Shown here one piece after another: positions 27,689 to 38,052 of a DNA stretch of 64,000 bases; the first letter of the stretch is position 1; every line of letters starts with the position of its first letter. Both the position numbers and the translations under genes were made by a program. The notes under the pieces were generated by a model. It did no database searches. It worked only from the letters and a program-made list of their open reading frames with translations, and was not told where the DNA came from. Source of the DNA: a virus; IMG/VR virus record IMGVR_UViG_3300013132_000031, positions 44,086 through 108,085 of that record; one strand, given 5' to 3'.

Positions 27689-28447
27689 TTATTGTTTTTG
27701 GCTGCAGGCATCACCGTGTCTGTAGAACCAACCTTGAGCAATATCTCTGTTGCAGTGCGGGCAGTAGAGTTTTTGACGCTTTTGCCCAGTTTGTGACGCT
27801 ACACGTCGAGCCAACACTTCAGGGTCAACTTTACGACCCTTCATTTTTTCACTGAGTTTTTGTTTTTGTTCTTCAGTCATGGGCACGCCTTTGTTGGAGG
27901 GCACCTTACCTTTGTTCGCTGCACCAATCTTGGCTGCTCGTTCTGGTGTACATCCTTTGCCGTACATTCCATTTCCAGCGCCAGATTTAAGCAACGACAT
28001 TTGTTTCCTATATTCGTCACTTTGGTACACTGTAGATTTTTTAGGTTTCCCTTTTTGTGCATCTCTAATTTTTTGTTTATGCTCGTCGCTTTTAGGTTTA
28101 TCTTTGTGGTAATCACTAATCTTCTTACGACTTTCTTCAGTAGGCAGAATATAACCTGCAATATTGCCATTAAACCATTTTTTGCTTTCTAACACCTTGC
28201 ATCTTTTCAACACACGGGTTTCCCAATCAGTGGCTTGTTCTGCTGTTGCAAAAGTTTTTCGTACTTCCCACTCAAATGCTTCTAGCCCGTATTTTGCAAT
28301 AAGATCATTTATATCTTTGCTACTAGTAAAATATTTGATCATTAGATCATCTTGTGGACTTATTCCAAGACGAACATTTTTAAATCTTGACCCGTAATAA
28401 CATTGGCCAGTTGGTTTAAACTTGATTAGATATGTGTAAGGTTGCAT
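27689..28447 (-). CDS. Seg-like GIY-YIG homing endonuclease with NUMOD3 repeats
   Basis: YTYLI...YYGSR, YFTSS, repeated (T/S)EE.K.KIS, GNGMYGK, PSNKG, C-terminal CPHC; AT-richer than flanks. Confidence 0.85.
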   Translation of the reverse strand: MQPYTYLIKFKPTGQCYYGSRFKNVRLGISPQDDLMIKYFTSSKDINDLIAKYGLEAFEWEVRKTFATAEQATDWETRVLKRCKVLESKKWFNGNIAGYILPTEESRKKISDYHKDKPKSDEHKQKIRDAQKGKPKKSTVYQSDEYRKQMSLLKSGAGNGMYGKGCTPERAAKIGAANKGKVPSNKGVPMTEEQKQKLSEKMKGRKVDPEVLARRVASQTGQKRQKLYCPHCNRDIAQGWFYRHGDACSQKQ

Positions 28448-28514
28448 ATTGTTATTTAGTTTGACATTGCGATTTCACCTAATAACAATAACATTTTTAG
28501 ATTTTTTTGTCAAC

Positions 28515-28537
28515 AAAAAACCCGCCGAAGCGGGTTT
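28515..28537 (-). terminator. Intrinsic terminator after the major capsid gene
   Basis: AAACCCGC-TTCG-GCGGGTTTTTT (cUUCGg loop). Confidence 0.92.
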
Positions 28538-28565
28538 CTTGAACTTCCCATCCCTGGGTTGTATC

Positions 28566-29762
28566 TCAACTAAATGACAAATTGCTCACGGCTATCTCGC
28601 CGACATAGTCGCCCGCATTGCCGAAGCTAGATGCAGTGTTAGTGAGCTCGATGTACCCATAACGAGTCATAAAACTCACCACTGGTTCGAATGTTGTGGG
28701 ATCAAGCACAACACCGCTGCTCATCAAAGGAATGTATGGGCAGTAGAATGCTGGTGCGTCAGCTTCTGAACTACCTTTGTAACCAACCAACACAGCTTGT
28801 GTGTCAGCAGCATAGCTGTCAACAAACACACGCATACTGCCGTTCAATGTACCAACAAACTTGGTGTTGGTAGGTGCTTCAAATGTACCTTCTGTAGTGC
28901 GAGCAAAAGCACTAGTTGTTGCACTTTGCAACACTGTCAGTGCAGCTGAACTAACCACAGCGTAGTTACCAGCGCCACGACGTGTGCGTTGAGCAATCAA
29001 GTTAGCCACACGGTTGACCAACACAGCCAGTGCGGCGTGTTCGTCACCAACAAATGTTGCTGTACCACTAACGGTAGCTTGGTTGTATGTGAACTCAGTA
29101 GCTGCCAGTGAACGCAAGCTCAAGAGAATCTCTTGGTCGATTTCAGCGGTAATTTCTTGAGCCAATGCTGCCATGATTTCTGCTTCAACGTCAATACCAT
29201 GCATGGCTTGTGCGTCTTGTGCAGATTCAAATGTCCAGCGAGCTTGCAACTTACGTGTGCGAGCTTCAACAGCTTGTTTCAGGATCTGAACGCTAATTTG
29301 CTTACCGCCAGTGCCTTCCATGGTAGCTGTGTTGCCACCAGTGTAGCTAGATGCGCTAGCTGTTCCGCTAGGAACAGTAGAATATGCCTGAGCAATTTTG
29401 AATGGACTCAATGCTTCTTCACCAGCTGCAACAGAAGTAGCGGCTGCACTGTTGTCTGTCAAGCTGTTGGCATACCGCACACGCAGGGTGTGGATTTGAC
29501 CAACAGGACCTGTCATGGGCTGAACGCCAACCAACTCGTTAGCAATAACGGTGGGCATAACACGACGGATCACTGGCAGAATCACACGGTTAAGTGTGGC
29601 AATGTTGCCAGCAGCAGTTGAACCTGCTGTTGCATTCTCTTTCAAGTAGCGACGGGTATTTTCTAAGATTACCCCCATGCTGTTGCGCTTGGAACCGCCA
29701 AGACCTTCAAGCAATGCTTCTTTGGTCTCGCCCCAGCGACTTTCTAATAGTTCTTGTGACAT
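28566..29762 (-). CDS. gp23: Major capsid protein (T4 gp23-like)
   Basis: GVQPMTGPVGQI, EARTRKLQARWT.E.AQD..A.HG.D.EAE, FYCPYIPL, FMTRYG. Confidence 0.97.
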   Translation of the reverse strand: MSQELLESRWGETKEALLEGLGGSKRNSMGVILENTRRYLKENATAGSTAAGNIATLNRVILPVIRRVMPTVIANELVGVQPMTGPVGQIHTLRVRYANSLTDNSAAATSVAAGEEALSPFKIAQAYSTVPSGTASASSYTGGNTATMEGTGGKQISVQILKQAVEARTRKLQARWTFESAQDAQAMHGIDVEAEIMAALAQEITAEIDQEILLSLRSLAATEFTYNQATVSGTATFVGDEHAALAVLVNRVANLIAQRTRRGAGNYAVVSSAALTVLQSATTSAFARTTEGTFEAPTNTKFVGTLNGSMRVFVDSYAADTQAVLVGYKGSSEADAPAFYCPYIPLMSSGVVLDPTTFEPVVSFMTRYGYIELTNTASSFGNAGDYVGEIAVSNLSFS

Positions 29763-29779
29763 TTTTAGTCTCCTGTTAA

Positions 29780-30874
29780 TTATAGACCTGCCAGTCGCTT
29801 GAGGTCAATCACGTTGCTTTTCGCATCGTTGTATTCCTGCTGACTCGGTACAGTTTTATCGCCCGTTACTGCTGTGACTTGTTCTGAAATTACTTTGCGG
29901 GCTTTTACAGATCTGTCTTCCAACACTGCTGGTAGATACTTTTCAAAAGCATTTTTCAAACGGTTTGTTTGAACGCTTTCAAGTAAATTACGCATGACTT
30001 CTTGCTTTTCCCGGTTTAAGGGACGTAGCAATTCATCCATTGTGCTTTGACGCTCATTGGACTCACGGATCATGTATAACTCACGCTCTTTTGACTCAAT
30101 CAAAACTTTTGCATTTTGAGAAAGTTTAATGGCTTCCGCCAACTTACGGTCTTTGTGGCTCAGCAAGTCATAAAGTTTGCGTACTTCTGCCTTCTCATTG
30201 AGATGAGTAGCACCAAATTCTGTTGCATAAGCTTCAAAGATTCTGCGACCAAAATTGTTCTCGCGAGCAATTTTGATATCTTCATGTAGCTGATTTAACT
30301 CAGACTTTAGATGACTGCTAACAGCTTGACTCATTTTACTTGCACTTTCTTTGATGAAACGTGCTTTCAATTGTTCAAGTTTGCCACGTGCTTCACGAAC
30401 CAGACGCACTTTTGTTTCTACAACATCGCGTTTGTCTTTTGCAAATTCAGTGATTTCACGGGCCAATGCTTGTACCACAAAGTTTTCCAACTTGGCAACA
30501 CCTTCGGTATGCATTTTACGGTCACGGCGCAATTCGCCGATTTCTTCTGCCAATTTGGTTACTAAAAAGCCGTTAAACTTGGTAGCACTTTCTTTCATCT
30601 TGGTTTGGAAACGCACACGATCTTCCGCCAGTGCTTGCTTTTCAGCAGCCACTTGCGCAATTTCTGTACTGAGACCTTCTGTTATCATTTTATCTAGAGC
30701 TTCTACCATTACTGTCTTGTCATGCTCGTAGCGTTGTGCAAACTCTTCTCTGAGTTCCGCACGTACCTGTTCACGGGCTTCGTTTAGTTTTCCTTCCCAA
30801 GCTTCGTTGAGTTCTTGACTAACGTCTTCGTTAATTAGGCCACTATCAAGCAGGGGTTTAATTGCATCAAACAT
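29780..30874 (-). CDS. gp22: Prohead core scaffold protein (gp22-like)
   Basis: Coiled-coil, between protease and capsid genes; ends LKRLAGL. Confidence 0.85.
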   Translation of the reverse strand: MFDAIKPLLDSGLINEDVSQELNEAWEGKLNEAREQVRAELREEFAQRYEHDKTVMVEALDKMITEGLSTEIAQVAAEKQALAEDRVRFQTKMKESATKFNGFLVTKLAEEIGELRRDRKMHTEGVAKLENFVVQALAREITEFAKDKRDVVETKVRLVREARGKLEQLKARFIKESASKMSQAVSSHLKSELNQLHEDIKIARENNFGRRIFEAYATEFGATHLNEKAEVRKLYDLLSHKDRKLAEAIKLSQNAKVLIESKERELYMIRESNERQSTMDELLRPLNREKQEVMRNLLESVQTNRLKNAFEKYLPAVLEDRSVKARKVISEQVTAVTGDKTVPSQQEYNDAKSNVIDLKRLAGL

Positions 30875-30886
30875 GCCTGGTTCTCC

Positions 30887-31525
30887 TTAGATTTTGAGAT
30901 CCCGAATGAGTCTTTTAACTTCATTCTTAAGGTATCTCTGCACTTTGTCGCTCTCGCCAGATTCCCTTGCCATCTCCAAGATTTTATGACCGTGCTTCAT
31001 GTTCATGAGGCCTTCATAAATTGCTGTTGGATATGCATTGGGTGCGCTGGGTTGTGCAACCACATCTATAGTGACAATTTCAAAGTCACTTACATGTCCT
31101 GTTCTGTCGTCTACGTTGCCGCTACCACGACTGCTGACACCAAGTTTTACATCTGATGTCAACAGGGTCTTGATCAACTCGCCCATGGGAGTTGGCAGGA
31201 TCTTCAACTTGCCGCAACCGGCATGCCCGTCCATCCACATGCCTTCCACAGTGTGGCACACACGATCTAAATTGATTTTTAAATCATCTGGATGGTCCAC
31301 TTCACCTAAAACTGAGTTACCGCCACGGATCTGTTCGTTGATGGTTTCAACTGCCTTGATAATTTCATGTCGCGGATAGATACGTTCATTTGCATTCTTC
31401 TTGTCGCCTTCAATACAAATGCCTTTGAGGTAGAGATGTTTTTTACCGGCCATATCCGACTCTTCTAAGACTTGGATATTGGCCTGGCGAAAAGTTAAAT
31501 CTTCTCTTAGGTATCTAGATGACAT
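30887..31525 (-). CDS. gp21: Prohead protease (gp21-like)
   Basis: NANERIYP, GEVDHP, LGVSSRGSG, DVVAQPSAPNAY. Confidence 0.95.
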   Translation of the reverse strand: MSSRYLREDLTFRQANIQVLEESDMAGKKHLYLKGICIEGDKKNANERIYPRHEIIKAVETINEQIRGGNSVLGEVDHPDDLKINLDRVCHTVEGMWMDGHAGCGKLKILPTPMGELIKTLLTSDVKLGVSSRGSGNVDDRTGHVSDFEIVTIDVVAQPSAPNAYPTAIYEGLMNMKHGHKILEMARESGESDKVQRYLKNEVKRLIRDLKI

Positions 31526-31529
31526 CTAA

Positions 31530-32357
31530 TTAACCCTTACGTCCGCCGGGAAGTGGGCTCTTGTTATTTTGACCTTCGCTGCCGGCGCCCATTTTAGGCT
31601 TTGGTGCTGCTGAAGGCTTTTGTGTGCCTTGTGCAGGTGTGTTACCAACTTTTCCTATCAAGTCTTTTGTGTTGTTGCTGTAAGCGCCAGATGCGTCATG
31701 ACGTCCACCTTCACCTGCACCAGTGTGTACTGGACGGCTGGCCATGCCTGCTTGTCCGCTGTTGGCTGCATAGGTAGACTTCTTGTTTACGCCGCCTTCT
31801 TCACTGGTAACTGGCTTTGGGGCTGCTTTTAATGTAACAGCTTCCATCATGCCCATTTCTTCAGTGTCGTCCATTTCAATAGCGTCACCACCTTCGTCAG
31901 GACCAAAGTCATCGCCGTCGCCCATGAGGTCTTCAAACTCGGCCATTAGTTGGTCCAGTTTGTCTTCTAAATTCATGATGTCGTCTTTGGTAGCTGGCTC
32001 ATCGCCGCTGTCTTTGTCGTTGCCCATGCTAAATTCTTCTTCGCCGTCGTCCATGGACATGTCCATTTCTTCGTTGTCGTCTTCGCCTTCCATGTTCATG
32101 TCAGACTCTTCTTCCATTTCCACGTCGTCGATCAGGTCGTCAGCAGCGTCACCGCCCATCATGCCTTCTTCAATTTCTTCGTCGGCTGCTTCTTCAAGCT
32201 CTTCGTCAGCTTCTTCAAGCTCTTCGTCAGCTTCTTCAGCCATTAGATCTTCATAAATCTGGCGGCTTTTTTCTACCACGATGTCATGGAAAAGCTCGCG
32301 AGCTTTGGCTTCTTCATCATTGATCACGTATTCGATCAATTGTTCAAATTTGTTCAT
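31530..32357 (-). CDS. Highly acidic prohead core protein
   Basis: D/E-rich with EEADEEL repeats; lies between portal and protease like T4 gp67/68. Confidence 0.7.
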   Translation of the reverse strand: MNKFEQLIEYVINDEEAKARELFHDIVVEKSRQIYEDLMAEEADEELEEADEELEEAADEEIEEGMMGGDAADDLIDDVEMEEESDMNMEGEDDNEEMDMSMDDGEEEFSMGNDKDSGDEPATKDDIMNLEDKLDQLMAEFEDLMGDGDDFGPDEGGDAIEMDDTEEMGMMEAVTLKAAPKPVTSEEGGVNKKSTYAANSGQAGMASRPVHTGAGEGGRHDASGAYSNNTKDLIGKVGNTPAQGTQKPSAAPKPKMGAGSEGQNNKSPLPGGRKG

Positions 32358-32465
32358 ATGGAAAACTCCTATAGGTAAAGTGTGCTGTTATTTACAACAA
32401 TGCCTAAAAACTAGCTGTTTAAGGAGTGAAAAACACCAATAAATGTAAACTTTATGACAAAAAGT

Positions 32466-32687
32466 TTATGCTACTGGTGCAACTGGTGCTGGTGCGTATT
32501 GCTTGCGAACATTTTTGAGTTTTTCTTTGTACTCATATGCTCGAACATCATTCATTCTTCTCAGTTTGTTGAGCTGTCTCAATGTGAGACGTGTTTTACG
32601 AAGATCGCTGGCAGTGGGCTGGCTGTTGTCTTGGCTCAGGTCCTGATAGGCAGCTGGTGCTTTTTCGTAAATTTCATTGAGAATCAT
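32466..32687 (-). CDS. Small head-module protein
   Basis: MILNE..., RKTRLTLRQLNKLR; late promoter 5 nt before ATG. Confidence 0.75.
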   Translation of the reverse strand: MILNEIYEKAPAAYQDLSQDNSQPTASDLRKTRLTLRQLNKLRRMNDVRAYEYKEKLKNVRKQYAPAPVAPVA

Positions 32688-32695
32688 ACTGGTAT

Positions 32696-34465
32696 TTATG
32701 CAGGCGGGGCAGGAGGAGCTGCAGTGGGGGCTCCTGGAGGCGTTGCTCCAACCGCAGCAGATCCAACACCGTTGGGTCCCATGTCTGCCATGGCTTCGCC
32801 AGTCTCGATGTCGCTTTCCAAGGCTGACGGAGTAATGCCCACAGATCTCAAGTCTTGTCCAGCATTGGTCTGCATGTCAACGTTATCACGTTCTTCCAGC
32901 CACATTTCTTCATTTTGTTTGATTTCTTCGTCGGTCAAGCCCAAGAAACGTTCCAGCATGAATCTCTTGCTCATGTAAGGCAACGCTTCCAAACTGGTAA
33001 ATGCTGTGATACGAGTGTTGTCCAGTTCGCTTTGACGATAGCTGGCAAAGTTTTGAGGTGCATTAAATATTATGTCAAACAAACTGGAGTCAAGATTAAA
33101 TCCGCGCCATTTCAAGAACATTTTGAATTCATCATCCAATTTCTGTGCTATCAGCTTTTGCAGGCGTTCACAGTACTGATTGAATCTGTATTCTTGAATC
33201 AGTGCTGTGCCCACTTTACCGTCGTTCAACACAGCAGATGAATCGTCAGGACCAGTGGGCAAGTAGCTACTAGGCACACGCAAACCACGGGCCATTTTGT
33301 TGTTGAAATATTTTAAATCGTCGATTTCGCCTAGATTTTTTCCGCCTTCCAGTGTGCTTACATCGCTGCCACGGCCTTCGGCTGTGACTGGAAAAAAGTA
33401 GTCTTCGTTGATGCTGAGTGGGTTGTAAGATGCATCCATCATGTTGTTGCCGCCACCGTTCATGGTGGGGATTCGCCGCTGATGCATTTCGTTTTTCACA
33501 CGTTCCACAAAGGCCATGGCCAAGTGGCTGGGCATGTTGCCCACGTCAATTTTGAAGATTCTGCGCTCTGGAGCACGGCTCACACGATAGATCAAGATAG
33601 CATCCTCCAGCAGTTCTTTTTGTTTGAACACTTTGTAGATCATTTCCAGCACTGATCTTCCAAATGGCCAGAAAACATCCAGGCCTTCGTTTAGACTAAT
33701 GTGTACCACGTGCTTGGCATCCAAACAAACTTCGTTCATGGCAGTCATAAAACGACTGTTGCCCACACCACCTCCGGTGCCGCCATTGGGCATGGTGTAG
33801 TTGGCATTGCCTGATATGGTGCCTGTCACCGGGTTGGTCATGTAGTCTGTGGTGGTCTTGGCTGCCACAGTCATGTTTTGGAAATTGGGGTTGATGTCAC
33901 GAATCACATACTGTTCAGGACGCTTGCCTTCTGATTCGTTCACAATCACACGAGCCACTTTGCTCATGTCCACCCACATCATTTCAAATGTTTCTGGGTC
34001 ACGCACAAACACTTGATCACCGTACTTGATGGTGTTGCGGAACAGTTTGAATATGCGCTGATCCAACTTGTTCAGCTTGACCCACTGTTTCAACTGTTTC
34101 TTAACAATGTCAATTTCGTTGTCTGTGGGTTTGTCACTCCAGCTGATGTCAAATGGTGTGCCATTTTGTTCGTTCATCTGTGTGGAAAACTCAGCAATGA
34201 TATCCAAACAAGCATTGATTTCACTGTCCATGTCCATGTTTTCGTACTGATTGTAGCGTTCAATACGATTGGGGTGACCACTGTAAACTTCGGGCAGTCT
34301 TGATGCATAGTTGCGGAACACAAAATCAGCTGAATTTTCACCATCATTGTTGCGACCGTATCCGGGCAAGCCCAGTTGATTACGACCCGATATAGGGCTC
34401 ATCACCCCTGACGTGTCTGCAACTTTGAAGTATTTTTTCCAGCCTTGTGAATTTTTATCTGCCAT
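32696..34465 (-). CDS. gp20: Portal protein (gp20-like)
   Basis: LLEDAILIYRVSRAPERRIFKIDVGNMP, EDYFFP, GG.NLGEIDD..YF, LRVPSSYL. Confidence 0.97.
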   Translation of the reverse strand: MADKNSQGWKKYFKVADTSGVMSPISGRNQLGLPGYGRNNDGENSADFVFRNYASRLPEVYSGHPNRIERYNQYENMDMDSEINACLDIIAEFSTQMNEQNGTPFDISWSDKPTDNEIDIVKKQLKQWVKLNKLDQRIFKLFRNTIKYGDQVFVRDPETFEMMWVDMSKVARVIVNESEGKRPEQYVIRDINPNFQNMTVAAKTTTDYMTNPVTGTISGNANYTMPNGGTGGGVGNSRFMTAMNEVCLDAKHVVHISLNEGLDVFWPFGRSVLEMIYKVFKQKELLEDAILIYRVSRAPERRIFKIDVGNMPSHLAMAFVERVKNEMHQRRIPTMNGGGNNMMDASYNPLSINEDYFFPVTAEGRGSDVSTLEGGKNLGEIDDLKYFNNKMARGLRVPSSYLPTGPDDSSAVLNDGKVGTALIQEYRFNQYCERLQKLIAQKLDDEFKMFLKWRGFNLDSSLFDIIFNAPQNFASYRQSELDNTRITAFTSLEALPYMSKRFMLERFLGLTDEEIKQNEEMWLEERDNVDMQTNAGQDLRSVGITPSALESDIETGEAMADMGPNGVGSAAVGATPPGAPTAAPPAPPA

Positions 34466-34481
34466 AGTGTGTTATTTATTG

Positions 34482-37142
34482 TTAGTTCACAGCGGCTTGT
34501 GCTATTCGTTGGTTGCTGGACACCAGGATTTTTTGCATGCGAGTCATGTCTTGCATTTCGGCTAGAATTTGTTGATTGACATCATCTCGAGGTTGTGCAG
34601 CGGCCTGCAGACTGATTTTGAGATCGTTCAATGCTGCTCGTATTTCTGCCCCGACATTGTGACTCATGTTTTTGCTCATGGCCTCAATCTTGGCCGGATC
34701 AATGTCTGGCTGAGCCATTGAATCCAACAAGCCGCCAGCACTGATTGTGACTGGTACTGATCCATTTTTCAAGGGAATAATGGCTTCTGGACCTTTTTCA
34801 CCTATGCGAGCCAGTTGCTCTCTGAGAGCAATGCCACCGTCACCAAAACTGTTTATTGCAGTGTCAAAATCTATAGTTGCTTTGTTTTGATTGCCCGGAA
34901 GACCAGTTTGGCCGCCAGCATCTTTGGGAATGCCAGCCCATATTCCACTAAGGCGTTTTACAAAGGCTTTCTTGGCATCTGGTGTGGGATTGGCAGCATA
35001 TTCATCATAGCCAGCTTGTTTGATCAAAGAGTCAGCCAATTGATCTTGAAGATCCTTGTCGAACATTTGATCGCCTTGAATTTTTAGCTGCGCAATTTTT
35101 TCTTTCAAAGTACTCTGTACTATTTGATATGCGCCTACGGCAGTGCTTTCTCCTTTTTTCAGTCCTTTTTTTCTGCGTTGGTCTTGCAAGGCCAACACTT
35201 GATCCACTGTCATTTTGGTCAGTTGCACTGCTGCTTGTTTGCCTTCGCCTTGCTGTATGTCATAGGGATTTTCTGCCCCTGGCGTGATCTCAGCACTTTT
35301 GATCATGTTTCTGATGTTCTGCATCTGCTGAGCTTGATTGGTGGGCGGTGGTGCTGATTGAACTTGTGGTGCCGGTGCTGTATTTGATTGTCTACCTTTA
35401 CCGGTCAGTCTGTCCAATATTCCCACACTACCTGGTGCTCGATTATCAACCGGACGTGGCGGTTGTGCTTGTGTTGCTGAGTTAGTATCCGCAGTGTTTT
35501 GAGCATTGTTTTGTGCATTGGGAGGTTGCGTTTGTTCAAGGCTTCCCTTGCGTTGTCGGCTTGGTGCGGCTGTGTTCTGCTGTTGTCCAGTGTATTCTTC
35601 ACGAAACTTGTCCAGCTTGTTCTGAGATTTTCTTTGTAAATCAAGGGCTGCCTGACCCTGACCGTTGTATGTTTTTAGAATTTTAACTAAGTCATCTAAC
35701 TGCTTTGCTATTTCCTTGCTGGCCGCAGCCAGCACCCTAGCTGGTGCCTGCAACTGTGGTTGAACCGATTCTACTAGGCCTTGCATTTCCAGTCCCAGCC
35801 TACGATTGCCTTCGTTGATTTTAGCTTGGTCAGCAGTGTTCTTACTGGCTTCATTTAGTTGTTTGCCGTATTCTTCGTCGGCCTTTTTAAATCTGTCCAC
35901 TATACTGGTTTGCAGTTTGGCAGCCAGATCAGCTGACTCGCTCATGCTCACAAACTTTGTATTGAAGTTGCCTGTGAGTCCCAGCACTGTGCCAATTGAA
36001 TCTCCTGTTTGTTGTACTTGTTTCAAAACTGTTTGTGCAGCTTCGGCTGGTTGTATGCTGCCTTCCAATAGTTTTTGCAGTGTGGCAAATGCTTCAGGTG
36101 CTGAACGTTGTAGTTTTTGCGCAGCTTCGCTGGTGAGGTTGCCGGCAAACATGTCTCTAGCACCTTGTGCCACTTCAGGAGCCAGACCTTGTACCACGTC
36201 GTTGAACATGGTCATGTTTTTTACACCTTCGGTGTTGCCGGCCAGTTCTAGGCCACGCAGTTTGGCTCTGAATCGCTCTTCATTCATGGCTGCGGCTCTG
36301 GCAGCTTCTCGTGATTTGCGATCCTGCCCAGTGATCATGGTCAGCTTGTTTTGTTCTTCCAAGTATTTTCGAGCACTTTCGCCCAACTTTTCTGAGTCAC
36401 CAATTTCAGCTTTTGTGTTTCTACCCAGCTGTGTTTGCAGCTTGAGATAACTCATGGTTGCATCGTTTATGTCTTCCTGAGTCATACCTGCACGAAACAA
36501 CGCTTCGCGATTGAGGTTGACCTGTGCTGACGATGCTGCTAGAACTTTGGCTCCTTGCCGCACTGTGCCACCCAACGATGCTAGATCTGCACTGCTTTGT
36601 TTTATAAGGCTACCGTATTCGGGAAATTCATTCAACAGGATTCCCATTTTTTGCAGGTCACCAAACATGCCTTCTAGACCGTCACTGGCAGTGGCACCCG
36701 ATTTGCTGATGTCTTGAAACAGTTTGAACTGTCCGGCAGCCATTTCATTGGACAGTTTGGCTGCTTCAGCGGCTGCACCAAACACCTTTGTTGTAATGTA
36801 GGCTGCTGCTGCCACCAGAGATTTTACAACCACACCACCAGGAGTAAGCACCACCAAACCTGCTGCTGCCAAATTTACTGTCTGTTGAAATTGATCCAAT
36901 GCTGCATTGGCTGCTGTGGCCGAAGTGTTGCCCTGATACACTGCTCGAGCATAGGCTCCTGTGGCTGATGCCAGAGTATTCAGCCCTTGCGCTGCCAAAT
37001 CGGTTTTCATGCCAAAATCTCGTATGCCAGTTTGGGCGTTCAGCAGCGCCTGGCGAGTGCCAGGCAGCACTTGACCAAATTGTTTCATGTCTTGATTGAC
37101 TTGTGCCAGGGTCTGCGACAGCTCTTGTTCTTGTGGGGTCAT
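34482..37142 (-). CDS. Tape-measure-like protein with lambda-R-like muramidase/lytic transglycosylase domain
   Basis: Ala/Gln-rich helical body; IKSAE..YD, STAVGAYQIV..TL, FDKDLQD, WAG motifs; GEKGPEAIIPL; start MTPQEQ after the late promoter. Confidence 0.7.
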   Translation of the reverse strand: MTPQEQELSQTLAQVNQDMKQFGQVLPGTRQALLNAQTGIRDFGMKTDLAAQGLNTLASATGAYARAVYQGNTSATAANAALDQFQQTVNLAAAGLVVLTPGGVVVKSLVAAAAYITTKVFGAAAEAAKLSNEMAAGQFKLFQDISKSGATASDGLEGMFGDLQKMGILLNEFPEYGSLIKQSSADLASLGGTVRQGAKVLAASSAQVNLNREALFRAGMTQEDINDATMSYLKLQTQLGRNTKAEIGDSEKLGESARKYLEEQNKLTMITGQDRKSREAARAAAMNEERFRAKLRGLELAGNTEGVKNMTMFNDVVQGLAPEVAQGARDMFAGNLTSEAAQKLQRSAPEAFATLQKLLEGSIQPAEAAQTVLKQVQQTGDSIGTVLGLTGNFNTKFVSMSESADLAAKLQTSIVDRFKKADEEYGKQLNEASKNTADQAKINEGNRRLGLEMQGLVESVQPQLQAPARVLAAASKEIAKQLDDLVKILKTYNGQGQAALDLQRKSQNKLDKFREEYTGQQQNTAAPSRQRKGSLEQTQPPNAQNNAQNTADTNSATQAQPPRPVDNRAPGSVGILDRLTGKGRQSNTAPAPQVQSAPPPTNQAQQMQNIRNMIKSAEITPGAENPYDIQQGEGKQAAVQLTKMTVDQVLALQDQRRKKGLKKGESTAVGAYQIVQSTLKEKIAQLKIQGDQMFDKDLQDQLADSLIKQAGYDEYAANPTPDAKKAFVKRLSGIWAGIPKDAGGQTGLPGNQNKATIDFDTAINSFGDGGIALREQLARIGEKGPEAIIPLKNGSVPVTISAGGLLDSMAQPDIDPAKIEAMSKNMSHNVGAEIRAALNDLKISLQAAAQPRDDVNQQILAEMQDMTRMQKILVSSNQRIAQAAVN

Positions 37143-37153
37143 GTTTGTGTGCC

Positions 37154-37175
37154 TATAAGTAGAACTATATTTATA
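37154..37175. promoter_or_regulatory. Overlapping divergent late promoters
   Basis: TATAAGTA on + (37154-37161) and TATAAATA on - (37168-37175). Confidence 0.7.
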
Positions 37176-37183
37176 GGTCAATT

Positions 37184-38026
37184 ATGCTCCAAACTTCTAA
37201 CCCTTTGCAACAGTTTTTCCGCCAACCTGCCATCTACATACGGTTGCCCAGCAATGGGCAGCACTGGCCACCGGGCAGTTTGGACATGCCGGCCAACTGT
37301 GAACTGCCAGTGTATCCCATGACTGCCATTGACGAAATCACCTATCGCACACCTGATGCGCTGTTCAATGGACAAAGCACAATCAGTGTGATTCAAAGCT
37401 GTGTGCCAAATATCAAAAATGCCTGGCACATGCCGGGAATTGATCTCAACAGTGTGCTGATTGCCATTAGAGTGGCCAGCTACGGTCACAACATGGAAGT
37501 GGACAGCACTTGTCCCAGTTGCGAGACCATGGGAGAGTATGTGACTGATCTCAGACGCATACTAGATCAAATGGACTCAGCCGACTACAATCTTCCAATT
37601 CAGTACGGCGATCTTGAAATTTATTTCAAGCCATTGAATTATCAGCAACAAAATCAAAGCAGCTTGGATCAGTTTGAACAACAAAAAATTCTAGCTGCTG
37701 TGCCCGAAAGTGATCTCACTGACGATGAAAAAATTGCACGTATGAATCAAGCCCTGGTGCGAATCACAGAAATGACCATGGAGTTGATCAGTCTGAGTAT
37801 TGCACTGATAAAAACTCCCACTGCCACTGTGACTGCCACGCAACACATTGCAGAATTTGTCAGCAACTGTGATCGAAAACTGTACCATGCCATACGTGAT
37901 CGCATGGTCGATCTGCGTAAAAGCACTGAGATTCCCAACATGCACATAGAGTGCAATGAGTGTAATCACAAGTACGAACAACAGATGACCTTGGACATGG
38001 TAAGTTTTTTCGACAAAGCCTCCTAA
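37184..38026 (+). CDS. gp26: Baseplate hub assembly/tail chaperone protein (gp26-like)
   Basis: IYIRLPS.G, PMTA.DEI, DL..VLIAIR.ASYG, two CxxC pairs, terminal SFF. Confidence 0.75.
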   Translation: MLQTSNPLQQFFRQPAIYIRLPSNGQHWPPGSLDMPANCELPVYPMTAIDEITYRTPDALFNGQSTISVIQSCVPNIKNAWHMPGIDLNSVLIAIRVASYGHNMEVDSTCPSCETMGEYVTDLRRILDQMDSADYNLPIQYGDLEIYFKPLNYQQQNQSSLDQFEQQKILAAVPESDLTDDEKIARMNQALVRITEMTMELISLSIALIKTPTATVTATQHIAEFVSNCDRKLYHAIRDRMVDLRKSTEIPNMHIECNECNHKYEQQMTLDMVSFFDKAS

Positions 38027-38052
38027 ACAGCAACGCAGAACAAATCGGTACC

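Noticed and set aside
28461-28490. TTGACA on the plus strand as an antisense promoter into the capsid gene
   Set aside because: No convincing -10 box at 16-18 nt in an AT-rich spacer
32180-32245. 21-bp tandem repeat (EEADEEL) in the acidic core protein
   Set aside because: Ordinary low-complexity expansion typical of prohead core proteins
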